The notes beneath the pieces are model-generated. The model did not search any database. It was given only the letters and a program-made list of their open reading frames with translations, and was not told the origin of the DNA. 64,000 bases of DNA. Source: Eubacteriales bacterium. Lineage in GTDB: Bacteria; Bacillota; Clostridia; Oscillospirales; CAG-272. This document shows, one piece after another, positions 18,941 to 28,368 of this stretch. Position numbers and translations under genes: made by a program. The stretch's first letter is position 1. Each line of letters opens with the position of its first letter. The DNA lies in NCBI GenBank assembly GCA_045538195.1, contig JAZSRA010000107.1, positions 5,904 through 69,903 of the forward strand, in the 5' to 3' direction.

Positions 18941-19111
18941 GTGATGTTGCGGCAAAGCCGCAGTGTTGTAGTGCTACGCACAGTGATGTTGTCCCGACGG
19001 TCTCAGTGAAGTGATGTGTTCCTTACTCACGCGCGAAGCGCACATCACAAGGCGAAGCCGTCATCACGCACGTAGTGCGCATCACGTTCCGCTTGCGGAA
19101 CACATCGTTCC
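18941..19111. repeat. Array of heptamer + mini-hairpin units: 4 x GTGATGT-type forward, 4 x ACATCAC-type reverse
   Basis: GTGATGT at 18941, 18983 and 19011, GTGTTGT at 18963. (A/T/G)CATCAC at 19042, 19061 and 19079, ACATC at 19102. Each is adjacent to a short GC hairpin (GCGGC-AAA-GCCGC, GCGC-GAA-GCGC, GGC-GAA-GCC, GCAC-GTA-GTGC, GTTCCGC-TT-GCGGAAC). Confidence 0.5.
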
Positions 19112-19150
19112 AAAAACGAAAAAGCAGTCCAATGGACTGCTTTCGTTTTT
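19112..19150. terminator. Bidirectional intrinsic terminator (serves the kinase gene on the minus strand)
   Basis: AAAAACGAAAAAGCAGTCC-AAT-GGACTGCTTTCGTTTTT. Confidence 0.7.
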
Positions 19151-19178
19151 GTGTTATCTTGACAAAATAGATGCCACG

Positions 19179-20726
19179 TTAAAAAAGTTCGGTTGCGCAC
19201 CTTTCGACATCGAGCATCCTCTTATAGTTTAGCATATAGGTCTTAAATCCTTCAATTACCGAAGCGTCGGGAGAAAGTGTATCTCCTCGAACTTTACCGA
19301 ACACTCGGCTGTCAAGAAAATGATCGAGTGAGTCGTGCTTGCCATTTTCATACATATATGCCGTAAGCAGTGCCATTCCGTAAGGTCCGCCCTCGCCCGA
19401 GGTTTCAAGACACACTATGTCAGTATTGCACGCCGCCGCTATATAGCGCTGTGCTACGTTCTTCGTTTTGAAAAGCCCTCCATGGCCGGTAAGACGATCT
19501 ATCTCAACACGTTCTTTCTCGAAAATTTCCATTCCGATTGTAAGTGTTGCCATTGCACTGTATATCTGTGAACGCATAAGATTCGGGAGAGTGAAGGACG
19601 AGCCGGGTCTGCGAAGCAGCATGGGCACGCCACGCTCAAATCCCGTCAGCACCTCACCTGAAAGGTAATTACAAGCGATCACTCCGCCGCAGTTATCCTC
19701 ACCGTTAAGTGACGCTTCGTAAAGCCTTGTATAAAGCTCGTCGTCAGACACTTCCTTACCAAACAGTGAAAGCGTTTCTTTGAAAACGGACACCCATTCA
19801 TTTATCTCATTCGTGCAATTGTTGCAATGCACCATCGCAATCGGCTTTCCGTCAGGGGTTGTTACCATGTCGATCTGCTCGTAAAGATTAGAGAGCTGTT
19901 TCTCAAGCACTACCATAGCAAAAATAGACGTTCCTGCCGAAATGTTACCCGTCTTATATGAGATCGAGTTGGTCGCCACCATCCCCGTTCCCGCATCCCC
20001 CTCGGGAGGTGCAAAAGGAGTTCCCTCGCTAAGCAAGCCTCCAAGACGGATTTCCCCCTCTTTTGTAAGCGTTCCGCCCAGGGCGCCTGCTACAAGTACC
20101 TTCGGAAAAACGTCCTCGGCTCGTCTTTTGAAGCCGTGAGCAGCGAATTTTTCGTTAAGTTTTGCGAGCATTTCTGCGTTATATTCGAGCTTTTTCGAAT
20201 CGATAGGGAATATTCCCGATGCCTCACCGATGCCGACTGCGTTGACACCGGTGAGCATGTAATGGACATAGCCCGCGAGCGTTGTTATGTGTGCAACACG
20301 TGATATGTGCTCCTCTCCACGCAGTATAGCTTCATAAAGATGAGCTGACGACCACCTCTGCGGAACGTTGAATTGGAACAGCTCGGTGAGTTCCTTTGCG
20401 CTTCTTGCCGTCATCGTATTTTGCCACGTGCGGAACGGAGTAAGAAGGTTCCAATCCTCGTCAAAGGCAAGATAGCCGTGCATCATACCCGAGATACCGA
20501 CTGCCTCGACACTGTCAAGCCCTTCCATTTGGGAAAGCACGCATTTTAGCCCGCGCCATGCGTCGTCAAGATCGTAAGTCCATACGCCGTCGCGCAGCTC
20601 ACTCTTCCAAGAAAAGCTTTTGCTTGACAAGGGTGTCAGCGATTCGGCGTCGACGGTTACCCCTTTTATTCTCGTTGAGCCAAGCTCGATTCCAAGATAA
20701 GATTTATTCATAGCGTTTTCCATCAT
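19179..20726 (-). CDS. FGGY-family carbohydrate kinase, probable L-fuculokinase
   Basis: 515 aa. N-terminal [18 protein letters not shown] phosphate-1 motif and an FGGY C-domain. 4-nt overlap with fucI upstream. Confidence 0.75.
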   Translation of the reverse strand: MMENAMNKSYLGIELGSTRIKGVTVDAESLTPLSSKSFSWKSELRDGVWTYDLDDAWRGLKCVLSQMEGLDSVEAVGISGMMHGYLAFDEDWNLLTPFRTWQNTMTARSAKELTELFQFNVPQRWSSAHLYEAILRGEEHISRVAHITTLAGYVHYMLTGVNAVGIGEASGIFPIDSKKLEYNAEMLAKLNEKFAAHGFKRRAEDVFPKVLVAGALGGTLTKEGEIRLGGLLSEGTPFAPPEGDAGTGMVATNSISYKTGNISAGTSIFAMVVLEKQLSNLYEQIDMVTTPDGKPIAMVHCNNCTNEINEWVSVFKETLSLFGKEVSDDELYTRLYEASLNGEDNCGGVIACNYLSGEVLTGFERGVPMLLRRPGSSFTLPNLMRSQIYSAMATLTIGMEIFEKERVEIDRLTGHGGLFKTKNVAQRYIAAACNTDIVCLETSGEGGPYGMALLTAYMYENGKHDSLDHFLDSRVFGKVRGDTLSPDASVIEGFKTYMLNYKRMLDVERCATELF

Positions 20727-22525
20727 TTTTTATACATAGGGCCGTAAGCTGCACACGCTCTGTAATCCTGCGCTTCCTTATCCATGCCGAAGGCGTTCCA
20801 AGCGGCAGGTCGGAAGATCTTTTCCTCAGGCACGTTATGCATACATACGGGAATGCGGAGAATAGAGCAAAGCGTGATAACATCCGCACCGATGTGCCCA
20901 TAAGAGATCGCTCCGTGATTTGCGCCCCAATTTGCCATCACCTCGTAAGCAGTTTTAAAAGGACTGCCGTCTTTTCCGTCGCATCTGGGGGCAAACCAGG
21001 TGCACGGCCAAGTGTAGTCGGTGCGCTTCCAAAGTGTATCGGAAACCTCCTCGGGAAGATGCACGGTCCAGCCCTCCGCAAGCTGCAGAACAGGTCCAAG
21101 CCCCTTTACAAGATTGAGTCTTATCATAGTAACGGGCATTTCAGCCTTCGTTTCGAAGCGGGAGGAGTAACCGCCGCCCCGAAAATATCCGTTATCAGCG
21201 GCATTCCACGTTGTGCTTGCCATTATGGCATCGATGTCCGCTTCCGTTATATCGTACCATGGCTTCATAAGGGCATTTCCGCTTTCATCCTTTGCCTCTC
21301 CGGTTGCATCAAGACAACAAGCACCGGAGTTTATAAGATGGATGATACCGTCAGAGCTCTTTGCAATGCCATCAATCTCATATCCCGTAACTCTCTTGAT
21401 TGAGTCGCTTGACCAATAGGTACGGACGTCAGCGAACATCTGCGCACGGTTTGTAAGAAGCTTCATAAAGAGCATACCGATGCCGTTGAGAACATCGTTC
21501 TCGGTTGCGAGTATGTAGGGCTCACGTGCGCCCTCCCAGTCGAACGAGGTGTTGAGAATTGCCTCTGCAAAGTCAGCGTTCGGATAGAAGTCGGTCCACT
21601 GTCTTTGACCTTGGAATCCTGCGGCAATGGCGTTGTGACCTACTGCCTCCTCCTCGCGTCCCTCGGGAAGATTATCGTTGCCACACATCAGATCCTTTAT
21701 GATGACTGCCATTTTGACAACGAACTCAAACTGCTCTTCCTTTTCCTTGTCGCTCTTGCGAACAAAATCGGGGTTTTTGTCAAATCCTATTATGCATTTT
21801 TCCTTTGCCCAAGCAAGCGCTTTTTGATATTCCGCTTCATCATAGATGCCCTCGGACATTCGACGAATGATCTCAACCTCATCAACACTCTCCACCCGGA
21901 GTCCAAGATAAGATTCAAGAAAATCTGAATCCAGGATAGAGCCGCCGATGCCCATACAGATAGATCCAATTTGAAGGTAGGATTTTCCTCTCATAGTGGC
22001 CGCGGCGATGGCAGCGTGGGCAAAGCGAAGCAGCTTTTCCTTTATATCCTCACCAATGCTCGTACCGTCTGCATCGACCACGTCATGTCCGTAAATGCCG
22101 AACGCCGGCAACCCTTTTTGCGCGTGTGTTGCAAGGACGGATGCCAGATATACTGCGCCGGGACGCTCCGTAGCATTCAGCCCCCACACTGCCTTTATGG
22201 TTGTAGGATCCATATCCATCGTTTCCGAGCCATAGCACCAACAGGGCGTAACGGTAAGGGTAACCGAAACTCCCGCTTTCCTGAACTTTTCCTCGCACGC
22301 AGTGGCTTCCGCAACACCACCTATGGTCGTGTCGGCGATGACAACCCTTACGGGTGTGCCGTCCGAATATTTAAGATTCTGCTCAAAAAGCTTTTTGGCG
22401 GTATGCGCCATGCCCATTGTCTGTTCTTCAAGTCCCTCGCGAACCTTCAATGGACCTCTGCGTCCGTCAATGACAGGTCTGATTCCAATTGCGGGATAGC
22501 CGCCGATTAGTCTTGGCCTTTGCAT
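20723..22525 (-). CDS. fucI: L-fucose isomerase
   Basis: 600 aa. [11 protein letters not shown]...REGLEEQTM...[16 protein letters not shown] is collinear with E. coli FucI. Confidence 0.95.
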   Translation of the reverse strand: MQRPRLIGGYPAIGIRPVIDGRRGPLKVREGLEEQTMGMAHTAKKLFEQNLKYSDGTPVRVVIADTTIGGVAEATACEEKFRKAGVSVTLTVTPCWCYGSETMDMDPTTIKAVWGLNATERPGAVYLASVLATHAQKGLPAFGIYGHDVVDADGTSIGEDIKEKLLRFAHAAIAAATMRGKSYLQIGSICMGIGGSILDSDFLESYLGLRVESVDEVEIIRRMSEGIYDEAEYQKALAWAKEKCIIGFDKNPDFVRKSDKEKEEQFEFVVKMAVIIKDLMCGNDNLPEGREEEAVGHNAIAAGFQGQRQWTDFYPNADFAEAILNTSFDWEGAREPYILATENDVLNGIGMLFMKLLTNRAQMFADVRTYWSSDSIKRVTGYEIDGIAKSSDGIIHLINSGACCLDATGEAKDESGNALMKPWYDITEADIDAIMASTTWNAADNGYFRGGGYSSRFETKAEMPVTMIRLNLVKGLGPVLQLAEGWTVHLPEEVSDTLWKRTDYTWPCTWFAPRCDGKDGSPFKTAYEVMANWGANHGAISYGHIGADVITLCSILRIPVCMHNVPEEKIFRPAAWNAFGMDKEAQDYRACAAYGPMYKK

Positions 22526-22637
22526 AATAATCCTCCTTAAATTTATTGATTATACTTGTATTATAGTGCAAAATCTGATATAATACTTGTATAATATGCG
22601 CTTTAATGTGTAACGATCTTCGCTTTTTGGAGGTAAA

Positions 22638-23489
22638 ATGCAATATTCTGATCTGATTGAAAAAAAACACCACGGAACACCGTATTTCCCCGTCGAATAC
22701 TATTATATATATAAAGCTCACCCACGGTATATTATGTCATTGCACTGGCACAAGGAATTTGAGATCGTCAAGGTGATAAGCGGGAAGCTGACGGTTTATC
22801 TCAATCATACACCGTACGAAATGGAGGCGGGAGATTGCCTTTTTATTGAGGGCGGTTGCTTGCAAAGAGGATATCCCGATCACTGTGTCTATGAGTGTCT
22901 TGTATTTGACACTGTTATGTTGGACGGAAAAATCGGTAACTGCGCGGAGGGGCGCTTTTTTGAGTGGAAAGGTAAGGACATCAAATATAAAAATTTTATA
23001 GATCCGAAAAATACGCAAATTCTTTCCACGGTAGACGAGCTGTTGAGGTCAACCAAAGAGGCAAAGCCGTTTTACGAGCTGGAAACGATCGGCTTGTTCT
23101 ATCAGTTGTTTTATCATCTTTATGTATCGGGGCATATCGTCAAAAGTCAGAATTCTGCGTCAGAGAAAGGCATTCATACCGTTATTACCCTGCTGGAATG
23201 GATAGAGCTTCATTATTCGGAACGTATCACGCTTGCCGAAATATCTCATGTGATGGGACTCAGCGAAAAGTATATTTGCCGTATCTTCAAGGAATACACC
23301 GCAAAGACGGTCATAGATTACGTAAACGAGAGCCGCATTGAGAAGGCGTGCGCAAGGATAGGAGTAAACAGTATTACCCAAACTGCGTTCGACTGCGGAT
23401 TTAACGATCTTAGCTATTTTTGCAAAATTTTCAAAAAGTATAAGGGGATGTCACCGAGTGAATATAAAAAACAAATCTTACGAAAATGA
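22638..23489 (+). CDS. AraC-family transcriptional regulator (cupin + HTH), divergent from fucI
   Basis: 283 aa. C-terminal AraC HTH (...ITQTAFDCGFNDLSYFCKIFKKYKGMSPSEY). Confidence 0.85.
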   Translation: MQYSDLIEKKHHGTPYFPVEYYYIYKAHPRYIMSLHWHKEFEIVKVISGKLTVYLNHTPYEMEAGDCLFIEGGCLQRGYPDHCVYECLVFDTVMLDGKIGNCAEGRFFEWKGKDIKYKNFIDPKNTQILSTVDELLRSTKEAKPFYELETIGLFYQLFYHLYVSGHIVKSQNSASEKGIHTVITLLEWIELHYSERITLAEISHVMGLSEKYICRIFKEYTAKTVIDYVNESRIEKACARIGVNSITQTAFDCGFNDLSYFCKIFKKYKGMSPSEYKKQILRK

Positions 23490-23740
23490 AAATCATGTTT
23501 CATTTTTTCTCTCCTTTCTTGAAAATAAAAAAGAAGACTGCAGAGAATATTTCTACAGTCCTCGATTCATACACAAAGTGTTTACAAATATTTTTTGAAA
23601 TAAACGAAAAAAGGAGAGTCTGTGCGACTGAAAAACGTACGAACTCCCTTTGCAAGGTCGATTATTTAAGTTCAAATCCCATCCACACGACGATTTCATT
23701 AATTGGCATCTACCAAATTTGCACTGTGAAAAATGAGTAC

Positions 23741-23775
23741 AAAAAGCCCAGAAGCTGCTTCGCCTCTGGGTTTTT
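23741..23775. terminator. Hairpin flanked by A-run/T-run, probable terminator of the tRNA pair
   Basis: AAAAAGCCCAGA...TCTGGGTTTTT, 30 nt past the 3' end of tRNA-fMet. Confidence 0.45.
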
Positions 23776-23805
23776 CGTGTTGGCATCTATTTTGTCAACA
23801 CAACA

Positions 23806-23883
<78 letters not shown>

Positions 23884-23969
23884 ATATTTAATTACGGCTT
23901 GGGGTCTCTCCCCCCCTCATTTCATAACCCTCCGGGTTATCGCTTCGCGCCGCTTTTTGCACCAACGGG

Positions 23970-24058
23970 TGGTGCCGGTGACCGGTCTCGAACCGGTACG
24001 ATACTTTCGTATCACGGGATTTTAAGTCCCGGGCGTCTGCCAATTCCGCCACACCGGC
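23970..24058 (-). tRNA. tRNA-Leu (TAA)
   Basis: GCCGGTG acceptor, anticodon arm CGGGA-CTTAAAA-TCCCG, long variable arm GATAC-GAAA-GTATC, T arm ACCGG-TTCGAGA-CCGGT, CCA end. Confidence 0.9.
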
Positions 24059-24233
24059 AACTTATATCTCCGTCCGTGCATATTATTATATCACATATTG
24101 TCTCCATTGTCAACCCCTTTTTTGCAAAATATAAAAATATTTTTAATGTATTTTTCTCTCTTTTTTTATTTCACTTGACATTCTTCCCCTTTAACTGTAT
24201 AATTATTACATCAAATCATAAAAAGGAGACCAA

Positions 24234-24989
24234 ATGATACTTGATCGCTTTAAGTGCGGATTTTTAAGCAACAACACGCTGAAGATCATCGCAGCCGTCG
24301 CCATGGTATGCGACCATACGGGAGTGCTGCTCTTTCCCCAAGTTACCGTTCTCAGGATAATAGGTCGCCTTTCCTTCCCCATCTTCGCTTATCTGATTGC
24401 CGAGGGTGCCAAGCACACGCGAAACAAACTTCGCCATCTGATCGTTTTCGCTTCGTTTGCCGCGGTCATACAAGCGGTGTATTTTCTTGTTAATCCCAGC
24501 CTTGAAATGAGCGTTATGGTCACTTTTACCCTTTCGTTGCTTATGATATACGCTCTTGACGCACTAAAAAACGTTTTTTTTGCTACAAAACCGTCAAAAA
24601 GACGGATCGCTCTCACCACGTTTCTTTTTATAGGTTCTCTGGTGCTTGCGATACTGCTTGACCGCATTGTAGATCTTGATTACGGTCTTTCGGGTTGTAT
24701 TCTCCCCCTGTTCCCTGCAATTTTTACTGCACCAAAATCCGAGGGAACGCCCTCAATATTCAAAAAAGCAGACACCAAGCTTTTACGCGTGGCGGCGACA
24801 GCTCTCGGCGTTCTTGCCCTCTCTATTGACTACGGAGGACTTCAATTTTTCTCGCTCCTTGCTATTCCGCTCCTGCTTCTCTATTCAGAAAAGCGAGGCA
24901 AACTGAATATGAAATACTTCTTTTACATATTCTATCCACTGCACTTGGTTTTGCTGTACCTCATAGCAATTCTCATGAGATACCTATAA
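24234..24989 (+). CDS. TraX-family membrane protein
   Basis: 251 aa. LKIIAAVAMVCDHTG N-terminal motif and polytopic profile typical of the TraX family. Confidence 0.7.
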   Translation: MILDRFKCGFLSNNTLKIIAAVAMVCDHTGVLLFPQVTVLRIIGRLSFPIFAYLIAEGAKHTRNKLRHLIVFASFAAVIQAVYFLVNPSLEMSVMVTFTLSLLMIYALDALKNVFFATKPSKRRIALTTFLFIGSLVLAILLDRIVDLDYGLSGCILPLFPAIFTAPKSEGTPSIFKKADTKLLRVAATALGVLALSIDYGGLQFFSLLAIPLLLLYSEKRGKLNMKYFFYIFYPLHLVLLYLIAILMRYL

Positions 24990-25060
24990 CAGTGCAAAGA
25001 TTCCCCCATAAAACGGTCATTCGCGTTTTATGGGGGATTTATTATCTTATTAATGACGTA

Positions 25061-26668
25061 TTACAGCACGTTTGCACTCATACTGGGAAGTGCTTCAACG
25101 AACACCCAGCTCTGCTCCTTATCCTTATAAGCGAGAAGTTCCTGATCAAGGGGTTCAATACGATCGACCTTACCGTCGCAGTATTCAAGAATATACTGAC
25201 GAACCGTCTGCATACGGCGAATAACACCACCTATACGAAGGTCAAGCGCCTCAAGTCCCGAGAACTTGTTCTCCTTCTTCCACTGAATAGCGTGCGCCTT
25301 GCCGTAAGCGTCTATACGCTTAACGACCTCTACGTAATCCTCGTTTGCAAGACGGCGAAGCTCTTCCTTGTCGCCTGCCTCGTAAGCGCGGCGGGTTTTA
25401 AGACCAAGCTCGTACTTTATCTCCATAGCGTCGCAAAGTCTTGCGGCGGTCTCGTAAACGTAGCCGTACTTTCTCGACTTCTTCGCAAGCGCGTGCATAT
25501 CCTTAGCTACCTCGGCAAACTGATAGGATGCGCCAGGCTTGACGGTCCAGTCCATAAAATCGTTGATAGTATCCGCGTAAAGCATATACTTCGAAGGGTT
25601 ACGGGAGTGTGTAACGTTTCTCTCGTTGCCCGCGATGTAGTTACCGAAGTCGATGCGGCTGCACTCGTCGTAATCAAGGCCAACTATTCTCTTGAACTTT
25701 GCCTTGATAGCTGCCTCGTCGGTATTTCCCTTTGCGTACTCGGCAATGTAGCAGAGTGAGGGCAGAACCGAATAGTAGGAGCATTCGCCTCCGTTGTTGC
25801 TCCAAAGGGTCATAAATACGTTCTTTATCTTATTCTCACGGCAAGCGTCGATGGCAGATCTCATGGATTTGATAGTCCACTCGTTATCGGGGATAGTGCC
25901 GCACCAAGTCCATACGCCACCTGCAAACCAGGTCTTGTTGGACATCTGTGCGTGCATCTCGAGCATATCGCTGAATTCCTGCTTTTTACAGTGATAGTAA
26001 TCCCAGAAAACGGGAGTTATATTCTTGGGGAGCGCACTTCTGTAAGGCTCGGGAACCTCCTGCTTGGGAACTACGTAAACGCCGTTGTTCCAGCCGTAGA
26101 AAAGCATATCCGACCAGATCATAGGCTCCATATAGCCGTACTTTGCTGCGATCTCGTTAACGCGAGCCAGATGCTTTTTCATTATATCGATCTTAGACTC
26201 ATAGCCGTTCTTATCAAGATAGTTGCCTCGGCCAAGCATGTGCGCCTCGTCCATACCGATGTGGATAAGGCGGGTCTTGAAGCACTTGGAAAGAGTCGCA
26301 AACATGTGGTCGATAAGCTCGTAGACTCTCTCATCGCCTACCATAAGCTCCTGATCGTGGTCGAATGACACCTGTCCCCATCTCTTGTAAGTAGCAAGAT
26401 GAGCGAGGGTCTGAATACAAGGAATGACCTCAATTCCGATAGAAGTGCAGAACTCGTCAAGCTCCTTCATCTCGGCAATAGAATATTTGCTTCTCATGTA
26501 ACCGAAATAAGGCTCGCCCTCAACCTCGTAGGTGTCCTCAGTATAGAGAAAAAGTGCGTTGTAACCCATCTTTCGAAGAAGCGGTAAAAATTTTTTCAAT
26601 TCATCAACTGTTTTAACCGCGTTTCTGGACATATCAAGCATTACGCCAAAGGTTTTGAAATTTTTCAT
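25061..26668 (-). CDS. GH20-family beta-N-acetylhexosaminidase-like protein (cytoplasmic), paralog 1
   Basis: 535 aa. GVMLDMSRN and IHIGMDEAH (GH20 catalytic D-E pair). No signal peptide. Confidence 0.75.
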   Translation of the reverse strand: MKNFKTFGVMLDMSRNAVKTVDELKKFLPLLRKMGYNALFLYTEDTYEVEGEPYFGYMRSKYSIAEMKELDEFCTSIGIEVIPCIQTLAHLATYKRWGQVSFDHDQELMVGDERVYELIDHMFATLSKCFKTRLIHIGMDEAHMLGRGNYLDKNGYESKIDIMKKHLARVNEIAAKYGYMEPMIWSDMLFYGWNNGVYVVPKQEVPEPYRSALPKNITPVFWDYYHCKKQEFSDMLEMHAQMSNKTWFAGGVWTWCGTIPDNEWTIKSMRSAIDACRENKIKNVFMTLWSNNGGECSYYSVLPSLCYIAEYAKGNTDEAAIKAKFKRIVGLDYDECSRIDFGNYIAGNERNVTHSRNPSKYMLYADTINDFMDWTVKPGASYQFAEVAKDMHALAKKSRKYGYVYETAARLCDAMEIKYELGLKTRRAYEAGDKEELRRLANEDYVEVVKRIDAYGKAHAIQWKKENKFSGLEALDLRIGGVIRRMQTVRQYILEYCDGKVDRIEPLDQELLAYKDKEQSWVFVEALPSMSANVL

Positions 26669-26879
26669 TTTTTCATCCTTTCAAATCAGATCAAATCTAT
26701 GAAAACCAACGCTCCGCACAAAAACGAGCGCAAGGATATCATCAAATAAAATTATAACACTATTCACACGCAAAGTCAATAACTTTTCCATAAAAATCCA
26801 GTAAAAAGTCCGATTTTGATAATATCAAATCAAAACAGCTTTGCGCTAAGTGCTGTTCTGCCGCAACGCTAATACAGAA

Positions 26880-28274
26880 TTATACATTGAACCCGATATT
26901 TTTAATAAACGCTTCCTTGAACACGTCGCTTTGAGTCAGATCGCAATATTCCGCTTTTTCGGCAAGCTCATTTGGCTCTGCATCTCCAACGGCGTACTTC
27001 AGCGTCCCTCTAACACAAGAATCCTCGATCAAGACGCATCTGTCGGCAAGCTGACGCGGAATAAGCCCTACACCTCTCGCGTGGGGTATCGAGAGCTTTG
27101 CGGCAAAACCTCCCGAAATATAAAGCTTTTCGACTTTCTCCCACCCCGCGTCGGCAATATCAAGAAGTGCCTCGATAGCAGAATGGACGGCAGACTTCGC
27201 AAGCTGGAGCTGACGGACGTCGGCAGGGCTTATATACACCTCATCAGCAAGATAAAACCTACCGTCAAGATACCCGCTTTCGTCTATCTCTCCCAATCGC
27301 AGAAGCTCGTATATAGCGTCAATAAGTCCCGTAGCACACAATCCAACAGGGGGAGCGCCGTCCACAGTTTCGACAATTTTTTCTCCGCCAATCGTGCAAA
27401 ATGAGCAGATAGCGCCCTCGGCGGCGCTCATTCCACACTCTATATTAGAACCCTCAAAGCAAGGTCCTGCCGCCGCCGCGGTGCAAAGTATCCGATCTTC
27501 GGAAAGCAGAACGATCTCGGCATTTGTTCCGAGGTCTGCGAAAAGTGACCACTTCCCTTTTTTAGGCAAATCGACGCACGCAAGTCCCGCGATTATATCC
27601 GCACCAACGAATGCGTGAGCAGACGGAAGAACTATCAGATCTTCCACTCCTACAACGCCTACCGTTTTGGCGCGTACCTCTCTTTTCCCAAGAAATCTCG
27701 CCGTATAAGGGGCGTGACCCATAGAGGAACAATCCTCACCCAAAAACAGGTGGAGCATCGTGGCGTTGGCAGAGACGAACATACGCTGGGTCTTCCGCCC
27801 CATGCAGGAAAGCATCTCGTTTATGCGAGCTATAAGCGGCGCTTGAAGCGTTCTTGCACCCAAACGGGAGCAAGCGTTTATTCGGGAGATCACGTCCGCG
27901 CCAAACACAGTCTGAGGATTAGTTGACGTAATTCTTCGCAGTATTTTTCCGTCATTTGAGCAAAGCGCCATTATCAGCGTGGTCGTTCCGATGTCAAGCA
28001 CTGTAAAAAGCTCGTCCGATCTAAAAAATTCCGAGCTTTCGACGTCCTTGACCGAAAGACCGCTCTCGGTGGGAAGATATAGGTTAACGTCTCTGTCTAT
28101 TTTGTATTGGCAGGTCAAAATCTCTTGCCCGTCAACAAGTGCTTTGCATTTTTTGCATACACCTCTGCCCGAGCATGGGTGAGGAGCAGAGATACCGTGG
28201 CGCATCAAAAGCTCGGAGAGCAACTCACCCTCCTCGGCTTTTAACGTCTTACCGCCTACGTTCACCTTATACAT
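26880..28274 (-). CDS. 2Fe-2S ferredoxin-like + ASKHA ATPase (DUF4445/RACo-like) protein
   Basis: 464 aa. N-terminal CSGRGVCKKC...C cysteine pattern, then an actin-fold-like VLDIGTTT and DLGTNAE phosphate motifs. Confidence 0.65.
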   Translation of the reverse strand: MYKVNVGGKTLKAEEGELLSELLMRHGISAPHPCSGRGVCKKCKALVDGQEILTCQYKIDRDVNLYLPTESGLSVKDVESSEFFRSDELFTVLDIGTTTLIMALCSNDGKILRRITSTNPQTVFGADVISRINACSRLGARTLQAPLIARINEMLSCMGRKTQRMFVSANATMLHLFLGEDCSSMGHAPYTARFLGKREVRAKTVGVVGVEDLIVLPSAHAFVGADIIAGLACVDLPKKGKWSLFADLGTNAEIVLLSEDRILCTAAAAGPCFEGSNIECGMSAAEGAICSFCTIGGEKIVETVDGAPPVGLCATGLIDAIYELLRLGEIDESGYLDGRFYLADEVYISPADVRQLQLAKSAVHSAIEALLDIADAGWEKVEKLYISGGFAAKLSIPHARGVGLIPRQLADRCVLIEDSCVRGTLKYAVGDAEPNELAEKAEYCDLTQSDVFKEAFIKNIGFNV

Positions 28275-28368
28275 AGCTCTGTTTCACCCTTTAATTTCAA
28301 TACCTTTGATTATCGCGTTGTTTTCAATATTTTCTTTAACCTACAACGCATGACCCGTTCCCAAACGA

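Noticed and set aside
18941-19111. CRISPR array (also considered for 36083-36229).
   Set aside because: The repeating element is only a 7-mer and the units are 16-28 bp with irregular spacing. Orientation flips mid-array, and there are no cas genes or leader in the window.
23618-23665. 15-aa sORF (GTG start after AAGGAG) downstream of the AraC gene.
   Set aside because: It is too short, has no supporting features, and overlaps the tRNA-like fragment region.
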